Under the pieces are notes generated by a model. It did not search any database. It saw nothing but the letters and a program-made list of their open reading frames with translations, and had not been told where the DNA came from. 64,000 bases of DNA, taken from positions 83,298 to 147,297 of the IMG/VR virus record IMGVR_UViG_3300033463_000001; one strand, given 5' to 3'. The DNA is from a virus (taxonomy: Duplodnaviria; Heunggongvirae; Uroviricota; Caudoviricetes). The translations under genes were made by a program, and so were the position numbers. Shown here one piece after another: positions 9,877 through 19,464 of this stretch; within the stretch, counting starts at the first letter, position 1, and each line of letters begins with the position of its first letter.

Positions 9877-10494
9877 ATGATTTTAACAGAAAACGACTGG
9901 AAGACGATATCCGAGCGAGTGGTGAATCGAATCAACGAATCAATGAGTCGCGACGACATCATGCGTGCCGTTGAGCGTCTTAGCAGGTCACAAGGTAAAT
10001 ATGGACGCCTGCTGCAATTCTTGAACAGCGGCTCAGAGGATGCAGAACTTGTACTGCAAGACCTTGAAGACCAATGTTTCCCTGATGTTGTGTCGATGGT
10101 TATGTATATTGAAGAGAGTAAAAAGGCAACAAAAGGCCAACAGCTCACAGAAGCGAGTACCATTGATGTGAACCAAGGCATATGGGATGAGTATGATATC
10201 CCATGGAACGAAGTTGATGATGAACCGGAGAGGTACAATGGTATTTGGTATATCTCTGTAGAGTTCTTCGATTATACAGCATTCCTTGGTGAAATTGATA
10301 TCGATAGACAGTTCGGTACTCTTAAAGACTGTTTGGATTTTGCACAAACAATCGATAGAGAAATGATATTTGATATTTGCAATGAAGAAATCTCAGACGA
10401 AGGATTTACGTCAATTTCATTGAACATCAACTGTCAGGAAGAGCGCGCTACATATGAAGTAGCAAATACAAAGCTTTTCGTACCGAATAAGTAA
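9877..10494 (+). CDS. Hypothetical acidic protein, putative internal head protein
   Basis: ATG 9877 follows late box 9850-9856; MILTENDWKTISERVVNRINES. Confidence 0.55.
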   Translation: MILTENDWKTISERVVNRINESMSRDDIMRAVERLSRSQGKYGRLLQFLNSGSEDAELVLQDLEDQCFPDVVSMVMYIEESKKATKGQQLTEASTIDVNQGIWDEYDIPWNEVDDEPERYNGIWYISVEFFDYTAFLGEIDIDRQFGTLKDCLDFAQTIDREMIFDICNEEISDEGFTSISLNINCQEERATYEVANTKLFVPNK

Positions 10495-10498
10495 TGAC

Positions 10499-10533
10499 AA
10501 AAAAAAAGAGGGGTTAATTAAACCTCTCTTTTT
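10499..10533. terminator. Bidirectional intrinsic terminator
   Basis: A-run, agagg/cctct stem, T-run between convergent genes. Confidence 0.6.
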
Positions 10534-10826
10534 TCTTTCTCACTTTCTTGCGCTTTCTCAATCGACATCTTCAATTGTTCTTCCGAAACGACGCCTATCA
10601 GTTTCAATAGGACTTCATCATCGTTATCGTCCGGAAGCATAACAAGCGTAGGTATGTTCTTGATTTCGTACTTACTGACTAATTCATCAGTTTTTTCGTC
10701 GTCGATATCAAACTCTGTAAAGGATACTTTTTTGAAACCATCCCAGGAAGCTCGCAACGACTCAATACGTTTTGCCAATTCCGAACACGGCTGGCACCAT
10801 ATTGCCGAAAATTTCAGGATTCTCAT
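10518..10826 (-). CDS. Thioredoxin
   Basis: FSAIWCQPC, IKNIPTL. Confidence 0.9.
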   Translation of the reverse strand: MRILKFSAIWCQPCSELAKRIESLRASWDGFKKVSFTEFDIDDEKTDELVSKYEIKNIPTLVMLPDDNDDEVLLKLIGVVSEEQLKMSIEKAQESEKEKREV

Positions 10827-11536
10827 TGAACAAGCGAGTTTTTCTGCAAATCCGCAACCCAGTTATTCAAGAAAGCATTAAAATCTCCGGAGCGCATCTT
10901 CTCTGCTTTGAACGCATCAAACAGGTTACGCATTTCCTGGCCTTGCTTTGTGAATATCTCCTCACCATCCTTACTCTTTACAGAAATAAAGTTCTCATCG
11001 TCGTCTATGAATACACTTCCGTTCTCTAAGTCGTATTGGCCACTGATTGACTCTGCACCGATACTCTCTTTGAGGATATGCTCATACTCGCTACCAACGA
11101 CGCGTTTGAACGTACTTTCGCTGACAATCACCTCACGCGGAGTATGTTTCTTCTGAACGTTTTCGTTTTTCGTCATGTCGCAAAGGTAGATACAAACATT
11201 CAACTCATGAATGAATCCTTCAACAACACTTCGTACACCGATATACTTAGCATCAGAGATGTGACCATAGTATTGATATACGTCTTGCAAAAGTTCTGCT
11301 AAGAACTCGTTGAGCTTTATTGCCTTCGGAAGCTCTTCCTTAATATCACCCGGTTGGATTTTTCCGTATAGAGTCTGCAGCTCTTCTGCAAGAGAGTCCT
11401 CGAAACCGTATAGTTTATCTGTTACGTCATCACAGAGTTTATGCAAACTCATGTTAGAAGCATCCCAATGGAGCTCTTTAATCCTAATTTTGTAACCTGC
11501 AAGCTTATTCAAAAGCTTAGATGCGTTTTCTTCCAT
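10823..11536 (-). CDS. Ferritin/Dps-like four-helix protein with extra C-terminal domain
   Basis: ELHW...LHKLCDD...EDSLAEE; ATG 11536 follows late box 11560-11566(-). Confidence 0.65.
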   Translation of the reverse strand: MEENASKLLNKLAGYKIRIKELHWDASNMSLHKLCDDVTDKLYGFEDSLAEELQTLYGKIQPGDIKEELPKAIKLNEFLAELLQDVYQYYGHISDAKYIGVRSVVEGFIHELNVCIYLCDMTKNENVQKKHTPREVIVSESTFKRVVGSEYEHILKESIGAESISGQYDLENGSVFIDDDENFISVKSKDGEEIFTKQGQEMRNLFDAFKAEKMRSGDFNAFLNNWVADLQKNSLVQ

Positions 11537-11559
11537 TTTTTGAAATTGTTTATCTTTAA

Positions 11560-11584
11560 ATAAATAGTCTTTCGGTGTATTTAT
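11560..11584. promoter_or_regulatory. Back-to-back TATTTAT boxes driving divergent genes
   Basis: ATAAATA at 11560-11566 and TATTTAT at 11578-11584. Confidence 0.7.
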
Positions 11585-11601
11585 AGGTGACAACATTTGC
11601 T

Positions 11602-11937
11602 ATGAGAGAAGTAGTTATCACACAACATCAATATAACGCTTTGCTTAACGAGGCTGTATCTATGCTTCCGGAGCGTGTTAAACAGATAGTAGCCGCCTTA
11701 GACTCGAATTTCATGGTCAATAGAGACAAGAATTCGCAGGATTATGGGGCTGTGTATCGTATTGATTCTAGTGGACGCGCTATCGCTAAAGTTGATGATG
11801 TTGAAGTATTTTACAAACTACAGGGACTTTGTCAAACTATTGCAGATAAGGCAACCAGAGATAGCCTTCTTAAAAAAGTCATAAAGGACTGGTATGCCGG
11901 CTCAATTAAAGGCTCTCTGATGTCTGTTGCTCTTTAA
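11602..11937 (+). CDS. Hypothetical protein, putative internal head protein
   Basis: MREVVITQHQYNALLNEA. Confidence 0.55.
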   Translation: MREVVITQHQYNALLNEAVSMLPERVKQIVAALDSNFMVNRDKNSQDYGAVYRIDSSGRAIAKVDDVEVFYKLQGLCQTIADKATRDSLLKKVIKDWYAGSIKGSLMSVAL

Positions 11938-14332
11938 TAGCCTTGCGGCGCTTTGAAGCTACACGGACTTTGATTGTGTCATTGTCAATGTATGCTTCAA
12001 ATTTTTTTGCACTACCGTTAAGGAGGATTTCATCAACAAGCTTCTCTTCAACCTCAGTTTCTATTTTGCGAATAATCGGCCTTGCTCCCATTTTGCGTTC
12101 TTTCTTATCAAGCGCCGCGAGTTTTTCGATAACACCATCTCCAATTGCAAGCGTATAGCCTTTCTTCGAGATTCGCTCAATGAATTTGCTTACCTCAAGG
12201 TTAGTAATCCTCTTGATATCATCATCACTAAGACTGTTGAAGTACATAATTGAATCCAGGCGGTTTATAAACTCCGGTTTGAAGTACTTCTTCACACTAC
12301 TTTCGATAATCTCCTTATTGCGTTTCTCAACTGTATCTACGTCATTTTCATAGCCGATACCATACATTCCGTTGTTTACTGACGCGGTACCAATGTTTGA
12401 CGTTAGGATAATGAAACAATTCCTGAAGTCGACTGTACTACCAATACCATCTGTCAACCGGCCATCATCAAACACTTGAAGGAATACATCGAAAATATCT
12501 TTATGTGCTTTCTCAACTTCATCAAGTAGAATAACGCAGTTTTTCTTCTGACTTACCTTAGACGTCAACTGTCCGCCGTTGTCATATCCAACATATCCAG
12601 GAGGCGCACCAATTAGTTTTGATACAGAATGCTTTTCGCTGTACTCTGACATATCGAAGCGAACCAACGCATTCTCATCTCCATACAGTTCCCTTGCAAG
12701 TTCTTTAGCAACAAGTGTCTTTCCCACACCGGATTGGCCTATAAACAAAAGATTACCTCGCGTCCTATTCTCACTACCGAGCCCAAGTTTTGCTTTCTTT
12801 ACGACGCTTGCTATTTTATCTACAACTTCGTCTTGGCCTATAATCCTTTTCTTGAGCCTATCTCCGATGTTGTACAGATGCTCTTTGTCGTTAAGATTCA
12901 GATTCTTTACCTCAATACCAGTCGCATGTGACACAGCCGTCTTGATGTTCTCGTCCGTAATCTGTGTAGGCTCCTCGCCTTCGCCGTGTAATCTTTCAGC
13001 ATCAGCAATAGAACGTTCAATCTCATCCTCAAGAACTTTTGCTTTCTGGTATGCTGCAGTTCCTAAACGTGCTGCCTTTTTAACATCTTCGTGTATTTTG
13101 TCGCGCTTTTGGTACAACACTGCGAGTTGTTCGTCAACTTTATTGTTATACGCTGCGGCTGCAAATGTCAAGTCAAGTATATTAACAGCATCACCAGGCA
13201 TGACATAATTTGATTTATACCGCTTACACAAGTCATAAATGATATCCAGTTTTGCAGTGTTGAATTTGATTTTTGAATGACGACTCATCGACTTGGCGTG
13301 AAGCTTTAAAACAGCCTTTGTTGTTTTTTCGTCTGCGTTTTCTACGTTGATAACATCAAATAACCCGGAGAAGTTCGGTATTCTTGTGAGATATGATAGT
13401 CCTGTTGGTGTAGTTGTTGCAATTACAGGTATAGCGTCTTCGCTAAGACTCGTAAACAACCTCAAGCTTCCTGGTTCATCCAAATCAGAGAAATCATCTA
13501 GGTCATTAATAATCGTTACGATGTTTTTGTCCTTCACAGTTGCTATGAACTCCTCCATTCTGGTGTCGGGACTTGAGTGCATAACACCGTGTGTGATAAC
13601 AGACGTGTTGTCCATTAGAGTGTATTTGTACCCAACCAATTTTTGAGGAACATCACTTTTATCCAAACGATTTAATACAGCATTGATAATACTGCGTTTT
13701 CCACAACCATTCTCTCCAACCAACAATACATGTGGTTTATATTCCTTACAGAGGATTGTGATGATTTGTTTTTCAATCTCACGATTATGGATAAGCATCG
13801 ATGGTTTAAAAGACACCTCTTTTGAATGTGTGAACATTACTTGAGCACTCTTAACCTCAGGTTCCGGTTGTGCTTCATCCTTATTTCCAGCAGCCTCCTC
13901 GGCACGAATCTCCTGAAGCAGTCGAGCGCTTTTTGCGGACGAGCGTAGAACACCTGAAATTAACATGTTTGGATACTCACGCATGATTCCAGCAATAATA
14001 TCCGTAGATGTTAATTTGTGTTCTGGTTTTACAAACTGTGCCTCGCAGAATAACAATAGTCGCGAAGCCTCAGCATCGGCAATAGAATCACCAATGGAAA
14101 TTTTCTCATTAACGCTTGTAACGTATGTGTTATACAAGCGCTGATACTCGCGGTCATTGTCTGAAAGCAAATATTTTATTGCGGTATTGCCGTGCGACAT
14201 TGGTACGGACATAATGGCACCAACAAGGCGCTTAATTGTAATAGCTCCGTACTTTGCTTCGCAAACATCCAATACGGTTTGTAATTCTACGTCAGAGTTG
14301 TCTTTTATTCTCTTATATTCCTCTTGTGTCAT
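11906..14332 (-). CDS. ClpB/ClpC-family AAA+ ATPase, first NBD degenerate
   Basis: NBD2 GQSGVGKT, RFDMSEY, IGAPPGYVGY, LLDEVEKAH, FKPEFINR, GARP; NBD1 GENGCGKRS and IINDLDD. Confidence 0.9.
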   Translation of the reverse strand: MTQEEYKRIKDNSDVELQTVLDVCEAKYGAITIKRLVGAIMSVPMSHGNTAIKYLLSDNDREYQRLYNTYVTSVNEKISIGDSIADAEASRLLLFCEAQFVKPEHKLTSTDIIAGIMREYPNMLISGVLRSSAKSARLLQEIRAEEAAGNKDEAQPEPEVKSAQVMFTHSKEVSFKPSMLIHNREIEKQIITILCKEYKPHVLLVGENGCGKRSIINAVLNRLDKSDVPQKLVGYKYTLMDNTSVITHGVMHSSPDTRMEEFIATVKDKNIVTIINDLDDFSDLDEPGSLRLFTSLSEDAIPVIATTTPTGLSYLTRIPNFSGLFDVINVENADEKTTKAVLKLHAKSMSRHSKIKFNTAKLDIIYDLCKRYKSNYVMPGDAVNILDLTFAAAAYNNKVDEQLAVLYQKRDKIHEDVKKAARLGTAAYQKAKVLEDEIERSIADAERLHGEGEEPTQITDENIKTAVSHATGIEVKNLNLNDKEHLYNIGDRLKKRIIGQDEVVDKIASVVKKAKLGLGSENRTRGNLLFIGQSGVGKTLVAKELARELYGDENALVRFDMSEYSEKHSVSKLIGAPPGYVGYDNGGQLTSKVSQKKNCVILLDEVEKAHKDIFDVFLQVFDDGRLTDGIGSTVDFRNCFIILTSNIGTASVNNGMYGIGYENDVDTVEKRNKEIIESSVKKYFKPEFINRLDSIMYFNSLSDDDIKRITNLEVSKFIERISKKGYTLAIGDGVIEKLAALDKKERKMGARPIIRKIETEVEEKLVDEILLNGSAKKFEAYIDNDTIKVRVASKRRKAIKEQQTSESL

Positions 14333-14389
14333 ATCGTTGAAAAAACATCAAGCGTAATATACATTAATAGCAAACATAAATCAACAATA

Positions 14390-14905
14390 ATGTATACATT
14401 CAAACACAACGAAGATGGAATCGAGGAATGCTACTATGATAGCTCCAATGTTTTCTACTCAAAACTCATTGACACACCTAATGAGTTAAAGACACTAACT
14501 GTAGTTTTCAAAAACGGTGGCACGTACGTGTATAATAATGTAGACGTGCGTGAATATGTAAGGTTTAGGGATAGCGAAAGCACAGGAAAGGCATTCCAGG
14601 CTATTATCGCCACGAAATCACCAGATGGTGCACCAAAATATCCTTACCATCGCATAGAAGATTCATCAATTGCCGAGTTGCTTATGCGCAAACAAGATTT
14701 AGAGTTTGCCGCTGCGCAAAACAAAGAAGAAACACAAGATATAAACGAGACGGTGGAAGATAATTGCCTAGCAATAGGAGATGATAGAATAGAGCTGACC
14801 ATCTCCGGACACCATACTAAAATCACATTCCAAAAGCCAGACATGGCACCAGTAATGGAGCTCCTGCATGCGTTAAAAATTTCTTACCGTACCGCGTATG
14901 TATAA
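14390..14905 (+). CDS. KTSC-domain protein
   Basis: YDSSNV...LTVVFKNGGTYVYNNV...ESTGKAF. Confidence 0.7.
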   Translation: MYTFKHNEDGIEECYYDSSNVFYSKLIDTPNELKTLTVVFKNGGTYVYNNVDVREYVRFRDSESTGKAFQAIIATKSPDGAPKYPYHRIEDSSIAELLMRKQDLEFAAAQNKEETQDINETVEDNCLAIGDDRIELTISGHHTKITFQKPDMAPVMELLHALKISYRTAYV

Positions 14906-14946
14906 CCCATCTGTGTTAGTATTTATGGGTATACACACTTTACATA

Positions 14947-15780
14947 ATGTACGATAAAGAATTTATGCATATTGATGAAGATACTACGTGTATCACTAAG
15001 GGAGGTAAACTAAACGAAAACATAATCGACGATAGTGTTGACGTGGACGATATCAATATGTCGTCCTTCAAAATTAAAGACGGCCTAAACGGACTTATTT
15101 GGGGTAGTACTGGTATACGCCCCAAAGTTCGTATTCGTCTTTTACAAATCGCACAAGATTTCTGGGACGAAGTTGAAATCAAGTGGGTTGACCCGATAGA
15201 CGTTATCGTTACCGGTTCAATAGCAAACTACAACTGGTCTAGATTCTCAGACATAGACCTTCATCTAATAGTTGATTTCTCACAAATAGGCGAACGTGCA
15301 GACCTTGTTAAGGAACTCATGGATGCTAAGAAGAATATATGGAATAGCAAACATGACGAGCTTAAAATTAATGGTTTTAACGTAGAGTTATACGTACAGG
15401 ACATTAACGAAACGGTTGACGCGACAGGTATTTATTCTTTGTACCGCAACAAATGGCTGCGCAAGCCATCACGCTCCGTATTCCTGTCAAAGAAAGTTGA
15501 CGATGATGACGTCAGGAGAATGGCTGCTCATTTTATCAATGATATCGATGACCTTTCTGAGGATTTGAATGATGCGGTAAGCGCACTGGATATAGAGGAT
15601 GTTTCTAAACGCATCTATCTTCTTTATGATAAGATTCGTCAAATGCGCAAAAGCTACTTACAAAAAGAAGGTGAGTTTTCTCTCGGCGATAAAGTCTATA
15701 AGGTTCTAAGGCGCGCAGGCTACCTTGAAAAACTGATTGATTTGAAGTCTAAAAGCTACGACAAAGTAATGTCAATATGA
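14947..15780 (+). CDS. Pol-beta-superfamily nucleotidyltransferase
   Basis: TGSIANYNWSRFSDIDLH (GS...DxD), VELYVQD; late box at 14920-14926. Confidence 0.8.
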   Translation: MYDKEFMHIDEDTTCITKGGKLNENIIDDSVDVDDINMSSFKIKDGLNGLIWGSTGIRPKVRIRLLQIAQDFWDEVEIKWVDPIDVIVTGSIANYNWSRFSDIDLHLIVDFSQIGERADLVKELMDAKKNIWNSKHDELKINGFNVELYVQDINETVDATGIYSLYRNKWLRKPSRSVFLSKKVDDDDVRRMAAHFINDIDDLSEDLNDAVSALDIEDVSKRIYLLYDKIRQMRKSYLQKEGEFSLGDKVYKVLRRAGYLEKLIDLKSKSYDKVMSI

Positions 15781-15879
15781 CTTTTTCGTTAAAATAGAGT
15801 ATTTATTGATAGTACAGACTGTCTTTTCGTGTCATGTACACAATAGAAACATTGATTAAGCAAATAAACATTTCTAGAA

Positions 15880-17151
15880 ATGCAAATAGATGAACAAATT
15901 AAACAGATGCAACATCTGATGTATTACAAGGGCGCAGAAGCTCCTGTAAAACGCCAAACCTCTCTCGAATACATGCGTGAAGGTGTTGACGGTAAAACCT
16001 ACGGCATTTCGCACGAGGGTAATTCTTACTACATCAAGGTAAGCGAGAAGGCCGGCAAGAACCTTGTTGCTGAAGATTTCGATTACGTTGGCGGTTTTGT
16101 AAATAAGGGTCGTGTAAAGTACGCTAGCTACACAGACGCAATGAAGAACCTTGACATGAAACTTCAAGAGATTCGTACTTCTCTTGGTAAAAAGGCTACT
16201 ATCATTGAGTCAACCAACCCTGAATACAAAGAAGTACTCATCACCGAGGCTACTGGCGAGATGAGTGATTTCATCAAACGTCAGCGTCAAATCATGGCTA
16301 ACATGCGTGTTATCGAGGAAGGCGCAAACCTTCAAACGAAACCCGTTGGCCTTGAGATTGGTAAAGTAGGTGATTCAGAACCGTTTGGCGAGCAACACGC
16401 TGAGGCTAACCAATTCGCCGAGAAGAGTGGTTTCGAAGAGAAGCCGAAAGAGGCAAATGCAGACGGTGAGCCTGCTGGCGCCAAAACTCCCGGTGTTGGC
16501 AACGGTCCTGAGGCTGCAAACGACGGTCTGAAAGAAGTCCCCGGTGCAAAAGAAGGTGCGAAAGCAGCTGAGAAGCCGGTAATGAAAGAGGAAAAGGATT
16601 TCGACGAGGAAGAGACAACTCCTGCAAAGGAAGCTGACGAGACTCCTTGTGAGAAATGCGGTAAGACTCCTTGCGAGTGCGGTAAGGAAGATGGCGCTGA
16701 TGATAAACTGCAGCAAATCCTTGACCGTCTCGATGCTCTTGAGAAGAAAATTGAGGAAATCCCGTTCCAAGAGGAAGAGCCTGCAACTCCGGTAGACCCG
16801 GAAGGCGAACCTGAGGCTGGTCTTGACCTTACTCCTGCAGAGGACGAAGTTCCTGTAGACCCGGAATGTCAACTTCCTATTGACGCAACTACTGAACCTC
16901 AAATCGAAGAGGAAGGTCTTGGTATTGAGTGGGAGGATGAGAATCCTAACGGAGACCCCGACGAACAAGAGCAAATCGACGCTCTCTGGAAGAAATATCC
17001 GTGGCTCAAAGATACAGATGCAGAACTGGCAGCAATCGAGCACGGCTCAGACGCAGCTGCAGCACAGGCAGCAGCAGAGGCTGACATCAATGCAGCCACA
17101 GCAGCTGAGGAAGAGGCACGCAGGGCTGAAGAAGAGGCAGCTGGTGAATAA
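15880..17151 (+). CDS. Hypothetical very acidic protein, probably head-associated
   Basis: 423 aa; codon usage like the capsid gene; CEKCGKTPCECG; late box at 15800-15806. Confidence 0.6.
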   Translation: MQIDEQIKQMQHLMYYKGAEAPVKRQTSLEYMREGVDGKTYGISHEGNSYYIKVSEKAGKNLVAEDFDYVGGFVNKGRVKYASYTDAMKNLDMKLQEIRTSLGKKATIIESTNPEYKEVLITEATGEMSDFIKRQRQIMANMRVIEEGANLQTKPVGLEIGKVGDSEPFGEQHAEANQFAEKSGFEEKPKEANADGEPAGAKTPGVGNGPEAANDGLKEVPGAKEGAKAAEKPVMKEEKDFDEEETTPAKEADETPCEKCGKTPCECGKEDGADDKLQQILDRLDALEKKIEEIPFQEEEPATPVDPEGEPEAGLDLTPAEDEVPVDPECQLPIDATTEPQIEEEGLGIEWEDENPNGDPDEQEQIDALWKKYPWLKDTDAELAAIEHGSDAAAAQAAAEADINAATAAEEEARRAEEEAAGE

Positions 17152-17180
17152 TCGGTCTTTAACACCTCTATTCTAATTCG

Positions 17181-17215
17181 CAAAGCACAGTTTCACGCTG
17201 TGCTTTGTTGTTTAT
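17181..17215 (+). terminator. Intrinsic terminator
   Basis: caaagcacag/ctgtgctttg stem and T-rich tail. Confidence 0.65.
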
Positions 17216-17256
17216 TCTATAAACGAGTATTTATAGTTAGTAAATAGTATACTGCG

Positions 17257-17892
17257 ATGACACAGAAATCATATGTAATCACAGCCGGTGAGATACGGGA
17301 ACAAATGCAAGAAAGCCTAAATAGGATGATTGCAGAAAGAAATGTCATTAAAGTTCCTGGTGTTCAGCAACCTCCTGTGAATATACCACAAGAGCCAGCA
17401 GCTCCTGCTCCGGCCGAATCTTTACCGCAACCTGATGCTAATGCTGCAATAGACGATGCTGTGAATCAGCCTCAGTTTGATGCAGGTGTTGAGGCAGACC
17501 CGGATACCGACCACAAAAAATATCTCCAACAGTTAACTGGTAAGCTTTCAACCGAGTTGCAAAAGTTTGTTAACGAAAATCCGAATGAAGCAAAGGAGAT
17601 ATGCAAATATATCCTTGGTATGATTGTCAAACAAGCAAGCAAGCCGCTCGATGACGCCGATAAGAAAGAAATTATTAAGAAAATCAACTCAGTAGAAGCA
17701 GGTGATGAGAGCGGCGAACAAGCTGAGCCTGGCGCACAGCAGCAGGAAATAAACCTCCCTCCTGTAGGTGAATCGGTTATTAAAGAGACTTTGCTTGATA
17801 CGAATCAACCGGAGCCCAAATCTGAAAGGCAAGACCAAAAGCAGAGAACAGCACCAACTGCTAAGAATAGACCATACAAACCAAAATTTTAA
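17257..17892 (+). CDS. Hypothetical head-associated protein
   Basis: KSYVITAGEIREQMQESLNRMIAE; late box at 17228-17234. Confidence 0.55.
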   Translation: MTQKSYVITAGEIREQMQESLNRMIAERNVIKVPGVQQPPVNIPQEPAAPAPAESLPQPDANAAIDDAVNQPQFDAGVEADPDTDHKKYLQQLTGKLSTELQKFVNENPNEAKEICKYILGMIVKQASKPLDDADKKEIIKKINSVEAGDESGEQAEPGAQQQEINLPPVGESVIKETLLDTNQPEPKSERQDQKQRTAPTAKNRPYKPKF

Positions 17893-17893
17893 C

Positions 17894-18298
17894 ATGGCAC
17901 AGATAATCTTTATAAACGAAGACGATAGTACAAAAGTATCAGGCAATGTTACCTCAAATAATGGTAACCAAGCGTCTTTATGGAGTAATCTCAAAAAGAC
18001 TATGCAAAACCCGGCCGTTGATAGTGTAAAGGTAGATGGTGATTCTTTGGTGAAGCCGGCCGAAGCGCAAAAAGACGGAGCAGTACACATTCAAGCATCA
18101 AATGGTGCTGATGCAGAACAAGCTATTCGGAAAAACGTACTCGGTAATCCGGATATCAAACGTGCCGTTGAAAACGGTACTGATGTTATCGTTGATAAAA
18201 CAAACGAGTCGAAAGATACGAAGAAACGTGTGGTTAATGAAAACAACTCATTTACCATTTCTAAAGACTTATTTACAAGGTACACATTGTGGAAATAA
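17894..18298 (+). CDS. Hypothetical protein
   Basis: ATG 17894 lies 1 nt after the upstream stop; MAQIIFINE. Confidence 0.55.
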   Translation: MAQIIFINEDDSTKVSGNVTSNNGNQASLWSNLKKTMQNPAVDSVKVDGDSLVKPAEAQKDGAVHIQASNGADAEQAIRKNVLGNPDIKRAVENGTDVIVDKTNESKDTKKRVVNENNSFTISKDLFTRYTLWK

Positions 18299-19455
18299 TC
18301 ATAACTGAAGAACAAGCAAAAAGACTTGCCGGGCAATTAATTGGCAAGTGTGATGTGTTAGACAAAGTGAACGACAACGTTTTGTCTAATAGCCCATTTT
18401 TGCCAAGTGATTCAATTATTGACTTCAAGAAGAACGTCATCCGCAATCGGTACTATCAGATTTTGTCTGCTTTGTCGAAATACGAAGACTTACAAAGTAT
18501 TAAGTCACTAGACACAGCAAAGACTGCACTTTCGCAACTGACAAACAATGCGAAGAAAATCGAAGAGCCTTTACAAGAGCAACTCGAAACTGTGTGCAAA
18601 ACAGTAATGTCCGAAATTTTCAATCAAGGTGAAGAAAATGTAAACTTTACACCAACGCTCGTCGGAAAAGTTCAACCGGCTAATGGTTTTAGGGTTGAAC
18701 CACAAGACGGAGAGGAAATTGAATATCAAGACATGAGCGAGGTTGGTGAAATCGGCCGTGAGATTGAAAAGCGTCGTATCATCAATGCAATCATCGAAGG
18801 CGGTGCGCATGAGATATTTGCAAATTGCGACTCGTGGATTAGTATGGTACATCGCCTCAACAACGAACTCCCAATCCTTTATACGAAAATACTATTACTG
18901 AGAGACCTTGTTCTATTCTTGGACGATTCAAAAATAGATTCTAAGAACGTAGAATCGACTGGCATTGCTGAAGTTATTTTTAACGGCGAAGGAAACAAGC
19001 CTGATATCGACGTACAGGCAATACTATTTCCATATTTACTTGAACAGTCTATCAAAGGTTTCTTGGAATTATTTGCAAGCAACGGACTGCCTGATGATAA
19101 GAACCAGGCAATGTACGTGCTTGCACAAACTGAATGTCTCAACAGCGAACGTTGGTATCAGCGATTCGGTGTTCCTATGTGGCAACTGTTATTTGACGGT
19201 TTGACGCTTGATACTAATAACGTGCCGCATTATATAATGAACTTGTCTATGCAACCATCTAGTGAATTAGAAGGAACGCTTCAAGAAATATTCGCTCACA
19301 CAAAGGCCGGTAGGGTGGCTGCGAAAGAATTATTCGATAAAGCCGTGCATGATTCTGATTATAGTGCATTCGAGGATTCTATCATCAAACGGAATCACGA
19401 TTACGAATGTGCTGAGGAATTAAGCATCGAGGATATAGACAGGTTGTCTATTTAA
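18289..19455 (+). CDS. Hypothetical protein upstream of terminase
   Basis: 388 aa; MEIIITEEQAKRL; KRRIINAIIEGGA. Confidence 0.6.
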   Translation: MEIIITEEQAKRLAGQLIGKCDVLDKVNDNVLSNSPFLPSDSIIDFKKNVIRNRYYQILSALSKYEDLQSIKSLDTAKTALSQLTNNAKKIEEPLQEQLETVCKTVMSEIFNQGEENVNFTPTLVGKVQPANGFRVEPQDGEEIEYQDMSEVGEIGREIEKRRIINAIIEGGAHEIFANCDSWISMVHRLNNELPILYTKILLLRDLVLFLDDSKIDSKNVESTGIAEVIFNGEGNKPDIDVQAILFPYLLEQSIKGFLELFASNGLPDDKNQAMYVLAQTECLNSERWYQRFGVPMWQLLFDGLTLDTNNVPHYIMNLSMQPSSELEGTLQEIFAHTKAGRVAAKELFDKAVHDSDYSAFEDSIIKRNHDYECAEELSIEDIDRLSI

Positions 19456-19464
19456 TCAACCAAT

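Noticed and set aside
16375-17043. Long antisense ORFs (also 12579-13208, 22797-23378, 31099-31707, 31857-32483, 36389-37039)
   Set aside because: Shadow frames of strongly codon-biased genes, with no promoter box or recognisable motifs.
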